Shown: piece by piece, positions 19,229-28,288 of the stretch | Numbering within the stretch: position 1 is the first letter of the stretch | How the letters are laid out: every line of letters starts with the position of its first letter | NCBI GenBank assembly: GCA_021786315.1 | Contig: JAJYNN010000002.1 | Coordinates: 31,370 to 95,369 of the forward strand | Direction of reading: 5' to 3' | DNA from: a bacterium | GTDB taxonomy: Bacteria > Patescibacteriota > Microgenomatia > Daviesbacterales > UBA10151 | DNA length: 64,000 nt | Program-made: the position numbers and the translations under genes | The notes under the pieces: model-generated | What the model was told of the DNA's origin: nothing | What the model saw: only the letters and a program-made list of their open reading frames with translations | Databases searched by the model: none

Positions 19229-19385
19229 GTTTTTTATTTCTCCTTATTAAATACAATCCTTTTAAATTAAAAAGGCAAGGTTCTGTGAGTGCGAGGTATA
19301 ATTTCTCATACCGAAGCACGATACAGGTCCTTATGCGTGGTAAGTATAAAGGATTATCTTGAGCTCGTCAACGAGGATAAAAGAG

Positions 19386-20201
19386 TTATCTTTTAATAGC
19401 TTTTATCCAGCTCTCAAGCCCGCCCCAACCGGAGATTAAATATTGCTGGAAGATACCTAAAATTGTCATAGTGTTCCAGTAAAGGGCAAGCCCTGCGGGA
19501 AGCTGGAAAGCAAAGTAGCCAATCATAACCGGCATCATGTACATCATCTGACCCTGGACAGCTGCCATAGCGTCATCAGTGCTCTCTTTTTCCTTCTTTT
19601 CCTTAGGGGAATCAGACTTGTAGGTTTTTAGTGGTTTAGGCGACATCATCTTTGACTGCAGGAAGGTCATAGCGGCTGTAAACAGGGGAATAAGGAGTAG
19701 CATTCCGGTGGTGGGCTTAGTGGCTAAATTTAACCCAAAGAAACTTAAATCGGGAGTGGAGTTAAAATGCAGCCAGGGAAGATATAAGGCATTATTAATC
19801 CTTTCCAAACCTGAAGCTCCCGAAAAGAAAGCAAAAATTGTTTGGTAAAGGGCAATAAGTACAGGGAACTGGATTAAGGTTGGTAAACATCCTCCAGCCG
19901 GATTAACCCCATGTTCTTTATATAGGGCCATCTGGGCGGAAGCCAAGGCTTGTTTATCATCTTTGTGTTTTTCTTTTAAGGCATCCAGGTGAGGCTTTAA
20001 ATCCTGCATTTTTTTGGCGCTTTTTAACTGTGACCCCATAAACGGCCAAACCAACAAACGGATTAAAACTGTCAATAGAATAATTGATATACCAAAAGCG
20101 CCCGGGAAATGGATAGCCTCCAAAGCGTGCAAAATCATCGCCAAAAGGTTGACCACCGGTCCAAAGAATATTAAGTTAAAGATTTCGCCGATTATCTGCA
20201 T
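19386..20201 (-). CDS. yidC: membrane protein insertase YidC (short Gram-positive/CPR type)
   Basis: YidC/Oxa1 core with 5 TM helices; position in the rnpA-yidD-yidC-jag operon. Confidence 0.9.
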   Translation of the reverse strand: MQIIGEIFNLIFFGPVVNLLAMILHALEAIHFPGAFGISIILLTVLIRLLVWPFMGSQLKSAKKMQDLKPHLDALKEKHKDDKQALASAQMALYKEHGVNPAGGCLPTLIQFPVLIALYQTIFAFFSGASGLERINNALYLPWLHFNSTPDLSFFGLNLATKPTTGMLLLIPLFTAAMTFLQSKMMSPKPLKTYKSDSPKEKKEKESTDDAMAAVQGQMMYMMPVMIGYFAFQLPAGLALYWNTMTILGIFQQYLISGWGGLESWIKAIKR

Positions 20202-20392
20202 GAAATTACTCTCCTTATTCCTTTATAAACTCCGATAAGGATACCATACTTTTCTACCATTTGTTTAGTGTATTCCGAGCAGGTAGGGGATTGTTTACAC
20301 GCCCCGCCCGGAGCGAAAATGGCCAATACCCCCCGGTCAAACGAGAGATAAATTTGGTAAAAGCTAATTAGTTTTATGACTATCTTCTTCAT
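20192..20392 (-). CDS. yidD: membrane protein insertion efficiency factor YidD
   Basis: 66 aa; conserved YQxxxSxxxGxxCxFxPTCSxY block. Confidence 0.85.
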   Translation of the reverse strand: MKKIVIKLISFYQIYLSFDRGVLAIFAPGGACKQSPTCSEYTKQMVEKYGILIGVYKGIRRVISCR

Positions 20393-20723
20393 TTTTTTTT
20401 ATCCTTTTTAAAAGATCGTCCAAAGCATCTGTAATCTCTTTCGGGTTCGCTTTTAAAACATTTGCCTGGGGCATTGCCACAATATTTATTTTTTCAGGAA
20501 GAGTAGTATACAAAGCTTCGAAACCTGTGGAAATTAATCTTCTTGCCCGGTTCCTCTCGGTAGCTTTTTTAAAAGTAGATTTGGATAAAGCAATGCCAAC
20601 TCTTGGGGTTTTATTATCTCCAAACCTAATAAACAACTTAACCAAACTGTTGGCTTCTTTTCTTCCTGATGCTACCCATGAAAAATCTTTTTTCAGATTT
20701 AGCCTCTTGTTCCTGGATAACAT
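20364..20723 (-). CDS. rnpA: ribonuclease P protein component
   Basis: Basic 119-aa protein with RNR-like motif (ATERNRARRLI); between rpmH and yidD. Confidence 0.85.
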   Translation of the reverse strand: MLSRNKRLNLKKDFSWVASGRKEANSLVKLFIRFGDNKTPRVGIALSKSTFKKATERNRARRLISTGFEALYTTLPEKINIVAMPQANVLKANPKEITDALDDLLKRIKKNEEDSHKTN

Positions 20724-20861
20724 TTATATGGAAAGTCTTGCCCTGCCTTTGGCACGTCTTCTCTTCAAGACATTTTGACCATCAGTAGTGGCCATTCTCA
20801 ACATAAAGCCGTGGGCTCTTTGTCTTTTTACTTTTTTCGGTTGGTATGTTCTCTTTGGCAT
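20724..20861 (-). CDS. rpmH: ribosomal protein bL34
   Basis: Unlisted 45-aa ORF; translation [45 protein letters not shown] matches bL34 nearly end to end. Confidence 0.9.
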   Translation of the reverse strand: MPKRTYQPKKVKRQRAHGFMLRMATTDGQNVLKRRRAKGRARLSI

Positions 20862-20933
20862 ACCAGTGAATTTTAAAGGTATTTAGCCAAAAAGGCAAGC
20901 TACTTATAAAAAGAATTTAAATTTTTCTGTTTT

Positions 20934-21458
20934 TTATTTTTTCTTAGTCAAAAACTGCAGTTCGTCGGTACTCAGTTCTGCCGCAACTTTTCCGCCAAAG
21001 GCATTAATCAGTAGCACCCGACATCTTCCCCGGGAATCAAGTTCCCGGTCATAAATAGCATCTAACCCTTCAAAAGGGCCAGAGACAACCTTTACATATT
21101 CCTCAGGGGAAAAGTGCGGAGAAAAGCGACGGTTTAGTTTATTTACCCTTTCTCTAACTCCTTCGACCACTAGCTCATCTATAGGAGTTGGCTCTGCTCC
21201 CTTAAGAAGAACATATTGGACTCCCGGAGCCGAACGGCTTCTTATATAATCCGGATCGCCCTTAAGATTTACAAAAATATAACCTGGAAAGAAAGGCTCA
21301 CTTTTATGAGAATTTTTCATCAGTAAAGGAAGGTAAACATCAACACCCAACGTCATTAGTAGTGTTGCTACCGGGAGTTCTACCCGGGGTTTAGTTCTAT
21401 ACACATACCAGTTAGGAACCTCAATCATGCTTGGGGATTTTACCATTTTTAGGCACAA
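20934..21458 (-). CDS. NusG-family transcription antitermination paralog (NGN + KOW)
   Basis: WYVYRTKPRVE...FPGYIFVNL NGN block and KVVSGPFEGLDAIY KOW block; lies between rpmH and dnaA, not in a secE-nusG-rplK context. Confidence 0.65.
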   Translation of the reverse strand: MCLKMVKSPSMIEVPNWYVYRTKPRVELPVATLLMTLGVDVYLPLLMKNSHKSEPFFPGYIFVNLKGDPDYIRSRSAPGVQYVLLKGAEPTPIDELVVEGVRERVNKLNRRFSPHFSPEEYVKVVSGPFEGLDAIYDRELDSRGRCRVLLINAFGGKVAAELSTDELQFLTKKK

Positions 21459-21514
21459 TTTCCAAATTAATTGACCTTACTTGATATATTTCGAAACACT
21501 TTCTCCCTCTTTTT

Positions 21515-21527
21515 TTGTGGATAACTT
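21515..21527. promoter_or_regulatory. DnaA box (TGTGGATAA) upstream of dnaA
   Basis: Perfect 9-mer reverse-complement of TTATCCACA about 40 nt upstream of the dnaA start. Confidence 0.6.
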
Positions 21528-21561
21528 TTGCACTAACATTGTCCCTGTGGAAAAGTAAAAT

Positions 21562-22887
21562 ATGGACAAGAATTGGTCGAAAGTTTTAGATAAGGTGCGT
21601 GATCAGGTTTCATACGTCAACTTTAAAGGGTGGCTCAATCCTTTATCTGCCGAGTTAAATGACAACGAACTGACTATCTTCGCACCTTCTGCCTTTGTTA
21701 AGGAAACGGTTTCCAGCCGTTATTTATCCCTACTGGAACCAGCCATTAAGGAAATCTATGGTGAAAATACCACCTTTTCTATTAAGGTTGACCCCAACAA
21801 AAATACTCCCAAGGAAGTTGTAGAGAGCGAGCCGGAAGAAATTTTTACCCCTGACATCCCATCACCGATGACTTTTGGATTAAATCCCAAATACACCCTG
21901 AGTAACTTTGTAGTGGGATTATCCAACAACCTGGCTTACGCGGCCGCCCAAGCTGTCGCTCAAAATCCCGGCACCAGCTACAACCCTCTCTTTATCTACG
22001 GCGGCACCGGAGTAGGGAAGACTCATTTAATGCAGGCTGTGGGAAATGTTTTGCTGCAAAAAAGGCCGAATATAAAAATCATTTATTGTTCCTCGGAAAG
22101 GTTTATGAATGATCTGGTCCAAAGTATCCAAACCAAAAGGACCGGGGAATTCCGGGCCAAATACCGGGCTTGCGATCTTTTACTAATTGACGATGTTCAA
22201 TTTATCTCCGGCCGGGATTCTACCCAGGAAGAGTTTTTCCACACCTTTAATGAACTCCAGGCTAAAAACTCCCAAATTATCCTCACCTCCGACCGGCCGC
22301 CCCAGGAAATCCAAAAACTGGAACCCCGTCTCCAGTCCCGTTTTCAGGGTGGATTAATGGTGGATATCCAAAACCCTGACTTTGATACCCGTGTCGCCAT
22401 TTTAAAGGCCAAGTGTGCTGAGCGGGGGGAGATAGTTTCGGAAGATATCCTAACCTTAATTGCTGAAAGCATGCCCACTAATGCCCGTGAACTTGAAGGT
22501 AAGTTTATCCAGATCGTTCAGTCAGCCAAACTGTTAGGCCAGACATTAACTGATGAAGGAGTCAGGCGTTTCCTAGGTGCCCCCATCCAAACTACCCAAA
22601 AGATTGACCATAAAAAGGTTATCGGGGAGATTAACCATTATTTCAATATTAAGACGGCCGATTTAACCGGTCCCCGGCGTAAAAAGGAATTGGTTATGCC
22701 CCGGCAAATCACTATGTACTTGCTTTATGAAGAGTGCAAACTTCCCTACGAGCGAATAGGGGAGCTTTTAGGAGGCCGGGACCATACCACTATTATGCAC
22801 GGTGTGGAAAAGATTGGCGAAGCCATCAACCGTGACCGGGAGATCCAAAGGATGCTTATTGAAATTAAACAGGCTTTGCAAGGATAA
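21562..22887 (+). CDS. dnaA: chromosomal replication initiator DnaA
   Basis: AAA+ Walker A (GGTGVGKTHLMQAVGN), Walker B, C-terminal DNA-binding domain. Confidence 0.97.
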   Translation: MDKNWSKVLDKVRDQVSYVNFKGWLNPLSAELNDNELTIFAPSAFVKETVSSRYLSLLEPAIKEIYGENTTFSIKVDPNKNTPKEVVESEPEEIFTPDIPSPMTFGLNPKYTLSNFVVGLSNNLAYAAAQAVAQNPGTSYNPLFIYGGTGVGKTHLMQAVGNVLLQKRPNIKIIYCSSERFMNDLVQSIQTKRTGEFRAKYRACDLLLIDDVQFISGRDSTQEEFFHTFNELQAKNSQIILTSDRPPQEIQKLEPRLQSRFQGGLMVDIQNPDFDTRVAILKAKCAERGEIVSEDILTLIAESMPTNARELEGKFIQIVQSAKLLGQTLTDEGVRRFLGAPIQTTQKIDHKKVIGEINHYFNIKTADLTGPRRKKELVMPRQITMYLLYEECKLPYERIGELLGGRDHTTIMHGVEKIGEAINRDREIQRMLIEIKQALQG

Positions 22888-22894
22888 TGGAGTG

Positions 22895-23090
22895 GGGGTT
22901 ATCCACACTATGCACAAGGATATCCACAAAGTTATCCACAAGTGCACAAGGTGTTTTACACACGAAGAAGGGGCGAAACGCGTGGGTAAAATGAGCTTAT
23001 TATCCCCTTATCAACCGGCCCTAATAATATAACTACTGTTTATAAATATAACAGGGATGTTCTACGGAACATGTGGACAACTGATAAATA
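22895..23090. promoter_or_regulatory. oriC-like region: DnaA-box cluster plus AT-rich stretch
   Basis: TTATCCACA at ~22899 and ~22932, ATATCCACA at ~22920, TGTGGACAA at ~23071; AT-rich ~23030-23060; TGCACAAGG occurs twice. Confidence 0.6.
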
Positions 23091-23543
23091 ATGAATAACG
23101 AGCTGGTCTATATTTTATTTGGCATTCTTGCTTTAATAATCGCCTATTTATTAGGAAGGTTACATAATAAACGTTCGGAAAATATTCCGACGGATTTAAT
23201 TGACCTTTATAAAGGAGTTCAGGATTTACCAACTAGAGTCCTACAAACCATCCAGGGTTCGATTAACCCCCAAAAGGGAAAGATGGCGGAACTTCTAACT
23301 TATGCGGAATTACGGTATGACTATGACCGGATTGTGCCTTTAGGGTGGCCGATTGACTTTGTGGGAATTAAGAATAATGAACGGATAGATTTTATTGAGG
23401 TGAAGTCTGGGAACTTTCCCACCTTGACAGAAGAGGAAAAACACATTAAAAACCTAATACAAACCGGAAGAGTCCATTTTCGGTTAATTAAGGTTTCTGA
23501 AGAAGAGGTTCACCGTTTAGTTTCTGCCCGAAAGGAAGAATAA
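23091..23543 (+). CDS. small membrane-anchored protein with possible PD-(D/E)XK (Hjc-like) nuclease motif
   Basis: N-terminal TM helix; IDFVGIK...IDFIEVKSG resembles the D...(D/E)xK core of Hjc/VRR-NUC nucleases; weak. Confidence 0.3.
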   Translation: MNNELVYILFGILALIIAYLLGRLHNKRSENIPTDLIDLYKGVQDLPTRVLQTIQGSINPQKGKMAELLTYAELRYDYDRIVPLGWPIDFVGIKNNERIDFIEVKSGNFPTLTEEEKHIKNLIQTGRVHFRLIKVSEEEVHRLVSARKEE

Positions 23544-23544
23544 A

Positions 23545-23589
23545 TTTAGGGCTACCTTTTGACTTTGTCAAAACGATCCTGTAATTTTT
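23545..23589 (-). promoter_or_regulatory. conserved intergenic motif family A (copy 4; reverse orientation) immediately upstream of dnaN
   Basis: Reverse-complement reads AAAAATTACAGGATCG-TTTTGACAAAGTCAAAA-GGTAGCCCTAAATT. Confidence 0.5.
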
Positions 23590-24703
23590 GAAGACAAAAA
23601 TTATGAAATTTTCAATCCTACAACAAGATTTAATGCCGGCTTTATCCGCAGTTGCCCGTTCATCCGGAGTCCGGGCCCAATTACCTGTTCTAAGTAATAT
23701 ACTTTTACAAACAGAAGCAGGTAGGCTTAAACTTTCAGCCACTAACTTAGAGGTTGGGGTGGTAAAGTATGTCAAGGCGGAGATAGTTGAGGAAGGCGAG
23801 GTAACGGTTCCCGCCAAGACTTTGGTTGAGGTAGTGGCAAATTTATCCGGAGAAAAAATCGAGTTTTCCACAGCCTCCGATATTCTGGAAGTGGTTACTC
23901 CCAGTTTTTCCTCTAAGATTTCCGGTATTTCAGCCAGCGAATTTCCCACCATTCCTTTAACAGGTAAAGAGGCGGTGGTGATTGAGGCGCCGTTAATTTC
24001 TAAGTCGTTACCTCAGGTAGTATTTTCAGCAGCTGTAGATGACGGCCGGCCGATATTGACCGGAATTTTAACCGAGATTAAGGATGGGAATTTACGGTTA
24101 GTGGCCACGGATGGATATAGGCTGGCTCATAAAATAGTTCCAACCCCTAAAGATATCTCTTTTAAAGCCTTGGTTCCCCGAAGGACTTTTGAAGAAATAG
24201 TCAGGCTTATCTCTGAGGAGGAGACAGACCAGGTTAAGATTTCAGTTTCCGACGATCAAAACCAGGTGGTTTTTAGTTTTGGGAATACCGAATTTTCTTC
24301 CAGGTTGATTGAGGGGCAGTTTCCGGCATGGGAAAAGATTATTCCTTCTGAGCCCAAAGCCCGGGTTGTGGTTGATAAAAATGAAATCCTGAAGGCGGTT
24401 AAATTAGCCTCGGTATTTGCCAGGAATGAAGCTAATATAGTGAAACTGCAAAACTTACCCGGAAAGTTACTACTGACTTCCGAGGCTAAAGAGGTGGGTC
24501 AGCAAAAGAAAGAAGTTGAGGCTCAGGTTGAAGGGGAAGAGGTGCAAATTGCTTTCAATACTAAATTTTTACTGGATGTTTTATCAGCTATAAGTTCTTC
24601 CCAGGTAATTATTGAGCTCTCCGGTAATCTTTCGGCAGCATTGTTTAAACCAATGGGGGATGAGGGGTTGGAATATATTGTGATGCCGGTAAACTTAAGC
24701 TAG
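23588..24703 (+). CDS. dnaN: DNA polymerase III beta sliding clamp
   Basis: Three-domain beta-clamp pattern; follows dnaA and oriC. Confidence 0.92.
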   Translation: MKTKIMKFSILQQDLMPALSAVARSSGVRAQLPVLSNILLQTEAGRLKLSATNLEVGVVKYVKAEIVEEGEVTVPAKTLVEVVANLSGEKIEFSTASDILEVVTPSFSSKISGISASEFPTIPLTGKEAVVIEAPLISKSLPQVVFSAAVDDGRPILTGILTEIKDGNLRLVATDGYRLAHKIVPTPKDISFKALVPRRTFEEIVRLISEEETDQVKISVSDDQNQVVFSFGNTEFSSRLIEGQFPAWEKIIPSEPKARVVVDKNEILKAVKLASVFARNEANIVKLQNLPGKLLLTSEAKEVGQQKKEVEAQVEGEEVQIAFNTKFLLDVLSAISSSQVIIELSGNLSAALFKPMGDEGLEYIVMPVNLS

Positions 24704-25168
24704 CTATACACCCTTGTACTCGATGGTTTTAAAGTGGTAGTTATAATCCCGGTCTAATTTTTTCCCGCCGTCAAACTTGGTATCGTTTTTATAGATAAAT
24801 AAAGTATAAGTGGTGCCTAAAGCGAAGGTGGAAGTGGGAATGATTTTAGCTGTCTTTTTATCGTCGGAAAGTTTAATGGTGTATCCTACTGCAGGCTCTA
24901 TTTTGTGTTTAAGTTCGTCTTTATTTTCCAAAGGCAGGTTAAAAGTAATTTCTATATCTTGAGTGGGTAAAATAATGGCGTTGTCTAAAGCTTCCGGGTT
25001 GGTGGAGATAATTTTGCCGTATTCAGGTGCTACAGAAATATTTTGCTGTTGCAACTTTGGGGAAGAATGTGATGGCGAGCTATAAAGCCCTTGTTTAAAA
25101 ATCAGGATTAATACAGCTCCGATTATGGTGGCTGCGGCAATAATTTTTTGTTTAAAACTTAAGGACAT
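24704..25168 (-). CDS. secreted/anchored protein with Ig-like (Big_5/SbsA-like) domain
   Basis: N-terminal TM/signal segment, then a beta-rich domain with an IxTxPxxxxxNxxxxxxIxIxF pattern; last gene of the T4SS-like operon. Confidence 0.35.
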   Translation of the reverse strand: MSLSFKQKIIAAATIIGAVLILIFKQGLYSSPSHSSPKLQQQNISVAPEYGKIISTNPEALDNAIILPTQDIEITFNLPLENKDELKHKIEPAVGYTIKLSDDKKTAKIIPTSTFALGTTYTLFIYKNDTKFDGGKKLDRDYNYHFKTIEYKGV

Positions 25169-25174
25169 ATTATT

Positions 25175-25909
25175 TTATTCCGGTTTTATCTCCCAGGTTA
25201 TATTGTACACCGATAAATCTATGCCCAGGTTGGTAAGTCTGGTTTTAATTTCATTTTGCATATTTGCAATCTGGTCATTAATTGAAGTGGAGGAGGAAGT
25301 CTGGGGATAAAGTTTTCCGATAAAATGGGGGTCTCCTTGGTTTGTCGTAAAGTAGACAAAATATTCCTTCTCCTCTAAAGGAAGGCTAAGGAACCAGGGA
25401 TATTTTTGTATAAACTGGTCTCTTTGCTCGGCAACTTGCTGGTCAGCTTGAAGTTGAAGTTTTGTTTGATCTTGGGAAGTAGCTTTCTCGACAGGCACGG
25501 TGGTAAATGTCCAGGAATGGGTTAGGCCAAGATAGATTAACTTGGCAATATATTTTTGGTTTGGATTAAGGGGTTTGGGTAAATCTAAGGAAAGGATTTT
25601 ATTGTCGGAAGACCAATTGGTGCTACCGGTAATGTCAGGAAGAATTGTGATGGATGTAGTATTTTTTTCTGTCTCAGTAAGTGAGCGGGAGAAATTAACC
25701 TGAATTTTAGGGAAAAGGCTGATATTGGTACTGTTAGGGGAGGGGTAAGCTGATGTAATTGTTATGCTTGGCTGGGTGGTGGGGGTTGGGGATTGAAACT
25801 GGATAAGATCCCTAGGCTTTTGGGTCTTTTTAAATAATGGGGAGATAAAAGAAACCACTATAAGGGCTAGAAGCAGAAAAACTCCTAAAATTAAAAAATA
25901 CTTTTTCAT
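25175..25909 (-). CDS. secreted protein with Ig-like (Big_5-like) N-terminal domain
   Basis: Signal peptide/TM then an ITSAYPSPNSTNISLFPKIQVNF-type Big_5 pattern; resembles the downstream neighbour. Confidence 0.35.
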   Translation of the reverse strand: MKKYFLILGVFLLLALIVVSFISPLFKKTQKPRDLIQFQSPTPTTQPSITITSAYPSPNSTNISLFPKIQVNFSRSLTETEKNTTSITILPDITGSTNWSSDNKILSLDLPKPLNPNQKYIAKLIYLGLTHSWTFTTVPVEKATSQDQTKLQLQADQQVAEQRDQFIQKYPWFLSLPLEEKEYFVYFTTNQGDPHFIGKLYPQTSSSTSINDQIANMQNEIKTRLTNLGIDLSVYNITWEIKPE

Positions 25910-28288
25910 TTAAATATGTCCTCCAAAACCGGTAATTTTCTCATCGGGATTAAAGTTATTTTGAATTTCCCAATTATCCACACTATATGTCCATCCGGTA
26001 TATTTACCAGCATTTGAATCATAGGTGGTTATATGACCAGTCCCGGTTGTTTTATCGACTGTGTTTTCTTTAACAATTGAGACATGCTCATTATAAGTTG
26101 TCACACCTGGTTTTTCTTCTTGGAACATGGCAAAACCCGGTTGGACATCTTTTAGAACCTGATGGTTTTGTTGATAATCGAGATAAATATAACCCAAAGA
26201 GGAAGATTTTTTCCAGAAGTTTTCCATATTAACTACCAAACCATGAACAGCTTTATCCAACCCTGAAAAACCAGCTAGATTGAAGGAGTCAATTACCAGG
26301 TATGTACAGGCATAGTTATTACTAGCTGCGGCAGTGTAACCATTATTTGTGATAGGAGAAAGGAGAATACTGCTGGATTTTTTATCGAAATTGTTAATAA
26401 TTGTCTGAGTCCATTGCAGAATATTATCCAATAAACCTCCGGAAGAAGCAGCGCTCTTACAGCCTTTGTAGCTGTTCCAGAGGTCGGAGCAGTAGCTGTA
26501 AGTTTGTCCGTTTTGGGAATACTCACATCCTCCATAGTAGGAGCTGGCTATTTGCCTTATTGTTGCCTCGTTATAAACAGGGTTTGTTCCGGCATCAAGT
26601 TTAGCCTTGATGGCGGTAGCTATAATTTCGTCCTTTATACTGTAGATCCGCATCTTATCTTCTGTTGTCTGCTTGTAAAGGGGATCATTAGGATCCTGGT
26701 ATCTTTTTTGGGTTATTTGGTTGCCTAATGGATTTGACAAATTCCCGTGATATTTATCAATAAAATCCCTACTTTTTACCCAAACGGGAATAAAACCTGT
26801 TTTTTCAGGGAACCTCTCTTTTAATTCATTGCTGTTGACTATATCAAGCCAAGTAGTGGGGGTGAATTGTGTGGCTCCAAAAGCTACCGGTTGTTGTGTG
26901 TCCTCGTCAAAAGAGTTGTGATCATCAAAATCATTCTCAAGATAGCTGGGATCATTGGTATAAAAACATTCCGGGCATTCGACCCGTAATATCCCCGCGA
27001 CGATAGATGGTGGGACTCCCACTCTTGAAGAAACATTATTAATAAGCTTTGGCCATTCGGGAGTTCTAAATTTTAATCCGGGAGTAGAATCCCCACCCCG
27101 GTAGAAAGTGCAGGAGGTTACATCTCCACTTGGGCTGACATTGTCGGGGTTACTAGAGGATCCACCCAAAAAGCCGAAGAATAGTATTATTCCAGCGAGA
27201 CCAAAAATAATACCGACAGCTGCCGGGCCTACCAGTCCAATTCGCAGCCAACTCAAAGGATTCAAATTAGAGCTAGAATGTTTATTGTTGTTATTCTTAG
27301 GAGTGTCTATATCAGGAAAGGTTTCTAACTCTCTAGGATTTTCTGATCCGCCTGCAATGGGCATAAGTACTCTCCCATTAGGCAAGATAAAATTAGAAAG
27401 ATCGACATCTGGTATCCCTAAATTAGATTGAGGTCTGGTGGGTCTTTGAAGAATAATATTTCCTGTAACTCTGCCTGATATTCCTCCAATGATAAAACCA
27501 AGCGCTGCTCCTGGTGGACCTCCCCAAAACAAACCTGCCGCTGCTCCTGCAGCTCCGCCTATAATTTCTCGGGGAAAGCGGGTAATAAGCCCGTGAAGTT
27601 TTCTTTGGCTATAGCTAACTGCATTTTTAATCGAAGATGGAGTTTCGAATTGCTTTAACCTTTGGATTATTGGATTCAACCTCTCTGAAAGTGTGGGTGA
27701 AGGGGCAGATGTAACACTTTCAGAAGATAGCGAACTTTCCTTAGGTGTTTCTTGCTTTTGGGATTGAGGTTGTTCTTCTTTGGCCTCGGTTGTTCTTTTG
27801 GAAGAAGACAATGTTAGTTCTTCTTTTTTGTCCTCTTCATTTATTCTTCTTTCAATCTCTTTTCGCCTGGCTCCATCGTCGTTAATATTATCCACCTCTT
27901 CCGGAATTAGATGGTTGGCTAGGAGAGGTTGTTGTTGCTCAGATCGGTTAACTGCTAAGGAGAATAGGTGTAATCTTTTCTCGTCATCAGAGTACTTAAC
28001 AAGGAAGGATTTAGAACTGTCAGGTGATTTTTTGCTGGAAAAGTATTCATTTTTATATTTTTGATCCATTCCTCCTGGAAGTTCAGATGAGACCATTGAA
28101 GCTGCATCCTGAAACATTTTTAAATAAAAGATTAAAGGTCGGCCTTGATACCTTATGGGCAGTCTGGCATCAATATAGCTGTCGATAAGTTTCCGTCCGC
28201 TTTCGGTTTGGTAGATTTTAAGAAACTGCTGGGCGTCTTTAATCTGATTAGGCCGGTATTTAGTAAAAAGATTGGTTAAATTAGCCAT
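25910..28288 (-). CDS. large membrane-anchored cell-wall hydrolase (PrgK/VirB1-like) with C-terminal CHAP-like domain
   Basis: Charged/coiled N-terminal region, Gly-rich TM region, central region with VPPSIVAGILRVE block, C-terminal Cys...His papain-like pattern (YACTYLV ... NEHVSIV). Confidence 0.55.
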   Translation of the reverse strand: MANLTNLFTKYRPNQIKDAQQFLKIYQTESGRKLIDSYIDARLPIRYQGRPLIFYLKMFQDAASMVSSELPGGMDQKYKNEYFSSKKSPDSSKSFLVKYSDDEKRLHLFSLAVNRSEQQQPLLANHLIPEEVDNINDDGARRKEIERRINEEDKKEELTLSSSKRTTEAKEEQPQSQKQETPKESSLSSESVTSAPSPTLSERLNPIIQRLKQFETPSSIKNAVSYSQRKLHGLITRFPREIIGGAAGAAAGLFWGGPPGAALGFIIGGISGRVTGNIILQRPTRPQSNLGIPDVDLSNFILPNGRVLMPIAGGSENPRELETFPDIDTPKNNNNKHSSSNLNPLSWLRIGLVGPAAVGIIFGLAGIILFFGFLGGSSSNPDNVSPSGDVTSCTFYRGGDSTPGLKFRTPEWPKLINNVSSRVGVPPSIVAGILRVECPECFYTNDPSYLENDFDDHNSFDEDTQQPVAFGATQFTPTTWLDIVNSNELKERFPEKTGFIPVWVKSRDFIDKYHGNLSNPLGNQITQKRYQDPNDPLYKQTTEDKMRIYSIKDEIIATAIKAKLDAGTNPVYNEATIRQIASSYYGGCEYSQNGQTYSYCSDLWNSYKGCKSAASSGGLLDNILQWTQTIINNFDKKSSSILLSPITNNGYTAAASNNYACTYLVIDSFNLAGFSGLDKAVHGLVVNMENFWKKSSSLGYIYLDYQQNHQVLKDVQPGFAMFQEEKPGVTTYNEHVSIVKENTVDKTTGTGHITTYDSNAGKYTGWTYSVDNWEIQNNFNPDEKITGFGGHI

